From: an uncultured Bacteroidales bacterium
GTDB taxonomy: Bacteria > Bacteroidota > Bacteroidia > Bacteroidales > UBA10428
Direction: 5' to 3'
NCBI GenBank assembly: GCA_963822145.1
Contig: CAWGGG010000004.1
Location: 1,186,832 to 1,250,831 of the forward strand
DNA: 64,000 nucleotides
Position 1 is the first letter of the stretch. Each line of letters opens with the position of its first letter. This document shows positions 57,441-64,000 of this stretch, in pieces. Both the position numbers and the translations under genes were made by a program. The notes beneath the pieces are model-generated. The model saw nothing but the letters and a program-made list of their open reading frames with translations, was not told the DNA's origin and ran no database searches.

Positions 57441-57734
57441 ATGGCATTACCCAAATTTGAACCGATAGTATGGAAAAGGGAAGTTAAAAAAAACGACTCA
57501 GCACCAATAATATTTAGAGAGGATTACAAACCATTAAAAGTTATAATCCGCTGCCCTTCAGCGGATTTATCAGACAGTATAAAAAATTACTGGCACTCTT
57601 ACCCTGAAGCTAGGTTATATTTTAAGAACACCCCCGCTGAACGCCTATTGTTTTACAATGAATACGTAAAATTGAATATGGACAAACAATGCAGTTATAC
57701 TGATTTCGAGCTATTTACTTTTTCAATTAACTAA
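57441..57734 (+). CDS. Hypothetical protein (97 aa)
   Basis: ORF only; no recognisable motif. Lies downstream of the iteron-like cluster. Confidence 0.4.
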   Translation: MALPKFEPIVWKREVKKNDSAPIIFREDYKPLKVIIRCPSADLSDSIKNYWHSYPEARLYFKNTPAERLLFYNEYVKLNMDKQCSYTDFELFTFSIN

Positions 57735-58230
57735 AGTAATACCATGAACAATTCAGAAATAATGAGAGTATGCCGGGTACACGCCATTAAAGCTTATAAA
57801 CGGCCGATGAACAAAGAACGGAAAGTATTAGTAAGTACCATGTTTAATCACTTAAAAAGGGATAATCGGATTGAAGGGGGTGGAATGGTATGATGTGAAC
57901 ACCTTGGAGGCGACTATATTGCAATACTGGAAATGAAGGGTATGCATATTGAATATAATTATGCAGTAAAACAACTATGAAACTATTTACAATTAAATCT
58001 GATCTTTGATCGCACAAACCAGCTTTTTAAAGAGGCTGGGTTGCCACAAACGGCCACACCGGGGAAGCACAGGCTGTTATTGGTTGAAAAGGGTAACATA
58101 AAAGAAAGTGGGGATTACAACAAAGGGTATTAACTCCGGTATATTGATTCCTGGTTCTAAAATGACAACCTCCTTTTAAACAAGAAAAATCAGGTGGAAA
58201 TTGAGACCATCCAAGTTGTGGCTACTTCAA

Positions 58231-59595
58231 TTAATCCTTCATACAACGTACATAGCGTCCATTCCTATTATGTCCACCCGGGGCATATCTGACCACAGTA
58301 GTACCATTGTAATTAATGTAGCGATCAATTGAATGATTTGCGTCAGTCAAGGTAGAACTCCAGTATTGAGCTCGGTCATCAATATCTCCAGCAAATGGTC
58401 CAGTATAATCACGTAATATTCCCGGGATAGCTGTAAAACCAGTTTCGTTGGTTGCCCCAGTATTGGGGTTACGCCAATGCACATTACCAACTTCTTTGAG
58501 TTTTCCGCCTGCAACACCCTCACCACCCAGGTAATCGGTTAATTTTGTCCAATCAGGATCGGTGGGAACGTGCCAACCTGAAGGGCACAATTTTCCGGTT
58601 TGAACTGTGTACGCGTTGTATATTGCTCCATAAGTTGCTCTGAAGCCTTCATTATTATTAGGCCAGCAATAAGCAGGCGCGGACAAACTACCCCATGTTG
58701 TATTATCAGTGACCAATGGAATATCTATGCCGTCATTATATTTTGTGGTTTTCAAGTTCTCTGCCATCCAAATCTGACTCCCAATTTTCACAGTTATATA
58801 GACATTTCCATCAGTATCAGTTAATCCACTTATGGCTTCTAAGGCTTCTATTCTTGATATTAGTGCGTTAACATATGCCTTATCTACTGCATCAGTTATT
58901 CCATAACCTGCAACTGTTGTGGGTTTTCCGGTTAAAGAGGTCCAGGTGCCATTAAAAAGAGCTGGTTTGTCAGTAAGATCTGCGTATGAACCACTAAATA
59001 ATGATGGTTTATTTAATAAATCATTATAACTTCCAGTAGATGCTATGGCTGCAAATGAGGGCTTACCCAATATATCAACCCAATGTACTGCGAACGAGGC
59101 TATATCATTGGTAAAATCGCTCAGTTTTGTTGGTTTCCCACTCAAATCGCTATAAAGTCCGCTTGTTGCTACAATCGCAAATGATGGTTGATTTGTAAGT
59201 TTATTATAATCCACTGTTTCTACTGTTTTGGCATGGAGGGCATAAGGAACACTCAGTATTTGAGAAATACCCAATTCAGTACCATCTGCACTAATTTTTA
59301 AAAAGTACGGTCCATCAGCCCAGTCAATGGCTGAAAATCCAGAAGTATTTTTAGAGCCTATCTCAAGATTAACCAACCCAAATTCATTTGTTGTTATATT
59401 ATAGTTTTCCGAAAATACTTGTACACCTGAAGCACTGCCTTGTAATATAGAAACTTCAATGCTTAGATTAGCATTTGCTTTGACGTTGCCTGAGGCATCC
59501 CGTAATACTGCCTGGTATTTAAAACTTGATGGGACTTGTCCGGAAAAGTTCGCAGTAATTATTACAGCTACTAATAGAGAATAAAGCTTTTTCAT
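58231..59595 (-). CDS. Secreted fibre-like protein: N-terminal beta domain, tail-fibre-type (Y/F)xDLxxKP repeats, coiled coil, C-terminal FISUMP (Fibrobacter succinogenes major paralogous) domain
   Basis: Signal peptide. Repeats YSDLSGKPTKLSDFTND, YNDLLNKPSLF, YADLTDKPALF and WTSLTGKPTTVAGYGITDA. Heptad stretch AYVNALISRIEALEA. FISUMP motifs GSQIWMAENL, GWHVPT, GGKLKE and RCMKD. Confidence 0.75.
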   Translation of the reverse strand: MKKLYSLLVAVIITANFSGQVPSSFKYQAVLRDASGNVKANANLSIEVSILQGSASGVQVFSENYNITTNEFGLVNLEIGSKNTSGFSAIDWADGPYFLKISADGTELGISQILSVPYALHAKTVETVDYNKLTNQPSFAIVATSGLYSDLSGKPTKLSDFTNDIASFAVHWVDILGKPSFAAIASTGSYNDLLNKPSLFSGSYADLTDKPALFNGTWTSLTGKPTTVAGYGITDAVDKAYVNALISRIEALEAISGLTDTDGNVYITVKIGSQIWMAENLKTTKYNDGIDIPLVTDNTTWGSLSAPAYCWPNNNEGFRATYGAIYNAYTVQTGKLCPSGWHVPTDPDWTKLTDYLGGEGVAGGKLKEVGNVHWRNPNTGATNETGFTAIPGILRDYTGPFAGDIDDRAQYWSSTLTDANHSIDRYINYNGTTVVRYAPGGHNRNGRYVRCMKD

Positions 59596-59597
59596 TG

Positions 59598-61502
59598 TTA
59601 ATGGGTTTTAACAATTTTAAATGATTTCAGCTCTTTATTATTATAGGTTACTTTAAGAATATAACCTGCTGGAGATAAATCATAAAAAGGTATTTCTGTT
59701 TCAGTGTTTTCAATCTGCTTTTGCAACAGTAATTTTCCGTTAAGATCATAAAGCAGGTATTGCAGTCCTGATAAATTATCCAAGACAATTCTTAATTTTA
59801 CATACTCAGCAAAAGGATTGGGAAAGGCAGAAATTTCAAAATTCAATTCATGTGACTCATCTAAACTGTTTATCATGAGGTTAGTCTGCTGAAAACCTTG
59901 GGTAAGCATTATATTAGAACCTTTAAATGTTTCAATAATCGTTTCACCAAAAGTGTAACTTATAGAGCCTCCCGATTTAATACTATAGTCACCTCCTGAG
60001 GAAATAACTTCCTGTAGAATTGATAGTTGAGGTTTGACTTGTTCTGTGACGGTAATTATAAAATCTTGGTCAGTTGATATTGTTCCATCATTTACTCTCA
60101 GCTTTAAAGTATTTGTTCCAATGTTGCTATTACTTGGTATTCCACTTAACAATGCTGTTCCATTTCCATAATCAGTAAATGCAAGCCATTCCGGTTTCGT
60201 TGGTGCTGAAATTGATAAGGCGTCTCCATTAATGTCATGTGCAGTGATATTGTAGGTATATTCTTCATCCACTGCTGCAGAAGTAATAGGAGAAGTTGTG
60301 AATGCTGGAGGTTGATTTAAATCCATCAAGATATAGTTGTAACCTATATTATTCAGTTCATTGAGCTCAGTGATATTGTTGAAATAATCTAGTACTATAA
60401 AAACTTTGTTTGTATCTTGATTAGCAACTATGTTTTTATGAAGAAGAATGCTAGCATTTGCACTTAAGTTAAGTTTAGTGTGATAAATAGTCTGCTTACC
60501 GTTATTTTGTAATAAAATTGAAACTGTATCATTTACATTAGTCAAACCTATATTTTTTATGTTAAATTCAACATTAACAGAATCAACTTTGGGCTTTAAT
60601 GTTATGTTATTAATGATTAAGTCAGGCAAATTTGCATATAAATATAAGGCACGATTATTATTAGATTCTATTGACTCTAATACATTGTTTGTTATGTCTG
60701 AATATATGCCTAAAACATGTATTGGCTTAGTTATTTTAATTTTAAGTACACCTTCTGCATAACCAAGAGGTGCCATAGTATTAATAAAATAAGTTTTTAT
60801 TATTGATAAATCTTGCCATACGTCGATATAAAATGTAGTATTAATACTATAAATTGAATTATTAAGAACGGTAAAATGCATTGTTACTGAGTCACCAATA
60901 CTAAAACTTGATTCTTCAATATTTATATTGGAAATCTGAATATCTGGTAAGCCTATTAATGGAGGAGGTAAACAAAATCCAGATTCTAACGCATTAATTA
61001 AAATGTCTGGGTCGACTCTTGGGTAAATACCGCTATTTAAGTATGCATTCTTGGTTAAATAGGCAACTTTTTCCCATTGTTGAGTAATGCCATTAAGTTT
61101 ATATAATATTGGTGGATATTGTGCAAAAGAATTATATGCACTATAACTACTAAAACTACTACCATAGGATGAGAAGCTATTTCTAATGCTAGTAGATGAA
61201 TATCTACTTCCATAATTACCATAATCATTTATGATAGATTCTTGGTTATATTGATTTTGGGATGTTATACCCAGATATTGCATACTGAAATCTTGTGCAT
61301 AAATCTTGCAATCTACATAATCACAATAATTTAACTGAGATGTTGATTTTAATTCTGAGTTATCGTTTTGTTTTGCAGGGTAATCAATTAATTTCCCTAT
61401 AGTGCCGGTTTGGTGAAGCTCTTTAGTAACTTTGGTTGTATCAGCTGAATATCCTAATTGAACACTGATAAGTAATGTTAAAATTAAAGTGATGACCTTC
61501 AT
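59598..61502 (-). CDS. Secreted multidomain surface protein (S/Y/G-rich N-terminal region, 2 CARDB-like domains, cadherin-like Ig domain, T9SS C-terminal sorting domain)
   Basis: Signal peptide. LPDIQISNINIE.. and LPDLIINNITLKP.. are CARDB-like starts. PPAFTTSPITSAAVDEEYTYNITAHDINGD.. is cadherin-like. C-terminal ISAFPNPFAEYVKL...GYILKVTYNNKELKSFKIVKTH is a T9SS CTD. The stop is 2 nt from the next gene's start. Confidence 0.75.
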   Translation of the reverse strand: MKVITLILTLLISVQLGYSADTTKVTKELHQTGTIGKLIDYPAKQNDNSELKSTSQLNYCDYVDCKIYAQDFSMQYLGITSQNQYNQESIINDYGNYGSRYSSTSIRNSFSSYGSSFSSYSAYNSFAQYPPILYKLNGITQQWEKVAYLTKNAYLNSGIYPRVDPDILINALESGFCLPPPLIGLPDIQISNINIEESSFSIGDSVTMHFTVLNNSIYSINTTFYIDVWQDLSIIKTYFINTMAPLGYAEGVLKIKITKPIHVLGIYSDITNNVLESIESNNNRALYLYANLPDLIINNITLKPKVDSVNVEFNIKNIGLTNVNDTVSILLQNNGKQTIYHTKLNLSANASILLHKNIVANQDTNKVFIVLDYFNNITELNELNNIGYNYILMDLNQPPAFTTSPITSAAVDEEYTYNITAHDINGDALSISAPTKPEWLAFTDYGNGTALLSGIPSNSNIGTNTLKLRVNDGTISTDQDFIITVTEQVKPQLSILQEVISSGGDYSIKSGGSISYTFGETIIETFKGSNIMLTQGFQQTNLMINSLDESHELNFEISAFPNPFAEYVKLRIVLDNLSGLQYLLYDLNGKLLLQKQIENTETEIPFYDLSPAGYILKVTYNNKELKSFKIVKTH

Positions 61503-61704
61503 TACTTTTCTAATTAGAACTTGTGAAAAATCTTTTTATAAAGATTCTATTAAAAAAAGAAATATTCCTAAAGGCGAGGTATTGTAAATTGCAATAATGC
61601 ACGTTATTTGCAAGTCAAAAGTTATCTATAAAAATTGAGCTATGCAAACTTGTTCACCGATATTAAATAAAACAAGCATCTGATAAAACAAATAGTCTGT
61701 CAGA

Positions 61705-62271
61705 TTAAGTCGTGGCTAGTTCAATTAAATAAATATTCAAACGTTTAACGTATTCGGTCTGTTTGTGATTGCTAAGCATATAAGCCGGGTGACGGAAGAG
61801 AGGGATTAATGGCCTATATAATTTGTTTTTTTCGGGAAGTATTGGAATTTCAGTTTTTAGTTGGTAAAGTTCTTTTGCAGTATAGCATACTTCGTTCTCA
61901 TTTAAAAGGACATCATATAATAGCTTTGATGTGATAAAGACAGGCAGTTTGTGTTCAGGATCGAAGCGATCAAATTCAAGTTTTCTTGGTTCAATTTCCT
62001 CCTTTGCAATATCTTTCCATCTTTTATTATCAGCTGTAACCTTATCCTGGTAATTAGTTATAAGGTTCTGGATATAGACGCATTCCTGATCTAAACCGAT
62101 CTTGCCAAGGCTAGAATTGATACCTGCAAAGTATCGTTTGTCTTTCAAAATGCCAAATACATATTCGAACTTTATGAGGTTTTTATTTTTATCAAATGCT
62201 GTTGGATCGCAGCCCAGGACAAAAGCCTTAATACTGTTTATTTCGTTAATGTAAGGTTTAGGAATGATCAT
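61705..62271 (-). CDS. Divergent uracil-DNA glycosylase superfamily-like protein (tentative)
   Basis: 188 aa. FVLGCDPTAF (compare UDG motif A GxxP), YFAGINSSLGKIGL....VYIQNLI (compare PFxGxAGxxL...YxTNxV) and PLFRHPAYML (compare motif B HP(S/A)xxL) appear in the canonical order and spacing. Confidence 0.4.
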   Translation of the reverse strand: MIIPKPYINEINSIKAFVLGCDPTAFDKNKNLIKFEYVFGILKDKRYFAGINSSLGKIGLDQECVYIQNLITNYQDKVTADNKRWKDIAKEEIEPRKLEFDRFDPEHKLPVFITSKLLYDVLLNENEVCYTAKELYQLKTEIPILPEKNKLYRPLIPLFRHPAYMLSNHKQTEYVKRLNIYLIELATT

Positions 62272-62395
62272 GACTAAAAAGTTAGTATTGGTAATATTTA
62301 GCTTTAGTTGCCAACTATTGATAGTAGGTTTTAATGGCTCCGGGTACTTTTAGAGCCCCTTATTATTCAGATAGTAAGGGGTTTTCTGTTTTATG

Positions 62396-62417
62396 GGATA
62401 CAAATAGGATACAAATA
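62396..62417 (+). repeat. Perfect 11-bp tandem duplication GGATACAAATA x2
   Basis: Read directly at 62396-62406 and 62407-62417, next to an orphan plus-strand hairpin with T-run at 62356-62392. Confidence 0.85.
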
Positions 62418-62645
62418 TCATCAAATCATGGCATTCCGAATCCTTTTCGCAAGTAAGAGAAAATTTGATCTGGGCAACCTTCATACTCGCCTGTGCGTCC
62501 TCAAACAAAATTGCACCAGTTAGGGCAAGCAAGCCATATAGGCAACTTTTAACCAGATTCTGAATTATCGTTCTCTTGTTAGTTTGAATAGATGTCATTT
62601 CTTATTTCATTTGTAATAAGAAGCTAAAAAGTCATGAAATGTGCT

Positions 62646-63591
62646 TTATAACTCCTTGATCCTCGGTCTGAAGTATTTATCCAGCTTCTCAAGATTCACC
62701 CTAAGCCATTCATGTTGCTCTTTCCAAAGGCTCCTGTTGGTAACATCTGCGTCCCTACGGAGGTTTATAATGGAAACCTTAGCATCAGGTAATTCTTCCC
62801 ATATGAGATCGTCACTAAATTGATTTTTAGAATCAGCTTCGTATTTAATCCTTAGTGCATTGAAATTAGCCTTTGCGTTAGGTCCGGTAATATTCACATC
62901 TATCCTGATAAACTTGTCTCTAGCACTGCATATTGCCGACATGCCATAATAACTTTTGCCCAAGGCAAAACTGAACCAATGCTGTGGACTGGGTTTTTGG
63001 CAATTGATAAAAGTCCCGGACTTTTTGAAATACAGCTTTAAAGCTTCCCAGTATTCAAGCTGTAGCTTTTTGGTGTCGGATATTTTTCCTAAACCGGCTG
63101 ATACCCTTACACTTCTTGCCCAGTCATTCGGTTTCGCCACAATATTAAAACTAGGGGCAGGTAAACTTTCACCTATTTTGTATGCTTCTATTTCAATCCC
63201 AAAAAAGTTAATAGATTCATCGGTTATTTTGTTTAACCAGTCCAGTGCAGCTCGGTGTTCTTCTGCAAAGGTTTTAGCAATCCATATGATTGTAACGGCT
63301 TCCAGTCCTGCCGCATAGGTCATTAATTGTCCAAGGTGTGTATGATCAGTACGTTCTAATTGATTTTCAATCAGCACATAATGATCATTAATGGTGTCCT
63401 TGCATAGAATATCGGCCCGGAATATGCCAACTCCCTTTTTCTTGTTCCTGAACTTCAAGCTCCATTCCAATTGTTTCACTAAGCTCAGCAATGTTTTCCT
63501 CCATTGCCAGCCAGGGAGTGAACTCAGATGCCTCTCCTGACCATAATTTTCGTAGATCTACTTTTTCAAGTTTGCCGAAATTTTTATCCAT
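62646..63591 (-). pseudogene. PD-(D/E)XK (NucS-like) nuclease / DUF4268-type gene split by a 1-nt frameshift
   Basis: Two overlapping ORFs in different frames (63388..63591 and 62646..63491). They join as ..GMELEVQEQEKG|VGIFRADILCKD..IENQLERTDHTHLGQ.. if one nt is removed from the A5G3 run (forward CCCTTTTT, 63433-63440). Confidence 0.6.
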
Positions 63592-63638
63592 AGCTATATA
63601 TTTTGGTCAATAGTTTTTATAAGGAATCACCATTCATC

Positions 63639-63999
63639 ATTATACCGCTTCCCTCAACTTCTCATACACCTTCTTTAACATAAACGTCTTAACCACCTTA
63701 CCGAATTCCGAATCATCCATGATCTTCGTGAATATGTCCTGGTTCTGATCCATCCGAGAAATCAGACTTGTTACGAAAGCATCTTCAAAGCCATATTTGA
63801 AGTTTTCAATGGTGTTGCTTTGGCTTGTTCTGCAACTTTATATTTGAGCCATCTCTTCTTCGATCTGATGGAAGAATAATCGATCAGCTTCATTGAATTC
63901 TGTTCCAAATCGTTCATTCAGTACTTCAATGATCTCCGACAGATGTGCCTTTTTTTCGTCAGTTGCCCCACCACCAGCATCTTTGGACCAAAGAATAAC
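63639..63999 (-). pseudogene. hsdR: Remnant of the C-terminal end of a type I restriction enzyme R subunit (hsdR), disrupted
   Basis: Hand translation of the minus strand gives ..KKAHLSEIIEVLNERFGTEFNEADRLFFHQIEEEMAQI*, then KVAEQAK in another frame, then SNTIENFKYGFEDAFVTSLISRMDQNQDIFTKIMDDSEFGKVVKTFMLKKVYEKLREAV*. This is the HsdR C-terminal pattern, broken around 63805-63842. It continues beyond the window. Confidence 0.55.
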
Positions 64000-64000
64000 C

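Larger units (their letters stand above)
54342..63999. mobile_element. Genomic island / degenerate integrative element inserted next to tRNA-Asp (right boundary and integrase not in the window)
   Basis: Starts at the tRNA 3' end. Composition is visibly more A+T-rich than the core, especially 57.2-62.6 kb. Carries an HTH (excisionase-like) plus primase-helicase module, cargo surface proteins and broken restriction/nuclease genes. Confidence 0.55.

Noticed and set aside
62350-62598. 82-aa minus-strand ORF called as a gene
   Set aside because: No recognisable motif and no obvious promoter or ribosome-binding context. Its 3' end runs through a plus-strand terminator-like hairpin. Kept only as part of a low-interest finding.

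Overview
This is a chromosomal segment from a Bacteroidota-type genome. The evidence is two T9SS C-terminal sorting domains, TAnnTTTG -7 boxes upstream of many genes, a FISUMP-domain protein and a BT4734/DUF3987-type primase. About 85% of the window (1-54.3 kb) is densely packed housekeeping and carbohydrate metabolism: xerD (partial), ppdK, pckA, plsY, cdaA-folP, tmk, tpiA, comB-like, serC-serA-DUF1015, a LacI-controlled maltose/maltodextrin locus (MFS transporter, pgmB, GH65, GH13) followed by esterase, SGNH and GH29 genes, then purC, phoH, mazG, slyD, an SRAP peptidase, an SPFH protein and an AraC-Ogt fusion. The most unusual core locus is an Rrf2 / Cys-less cupredoxin / heme-copper-oxidase operon (10.4-13.1 kb). 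Its catalytic subunit has Asp at the positions of a CuB histidine and of the cross-linked tyrosine, which suggests a gNOR-like nitric oxide reductase. A tRNA-Asp at 54.27 kb marks the start of a visibly A+T-richer accessory island that runs to the window end. The island carries an HTH / small ORF / primase-helicase module, iteron-like repeats, a two-gene surface-protein operon, a divergent UDG-like gene, a frameshifted nuclease gene and a decayed hsdR remnant. No integrase or right boundary is visible. Heptanucleotide tandem repeats sit on three gene 3' ends. No CRISPR array or rRNA was seen. All calls come from reading motifs by eye; no database search was possible.
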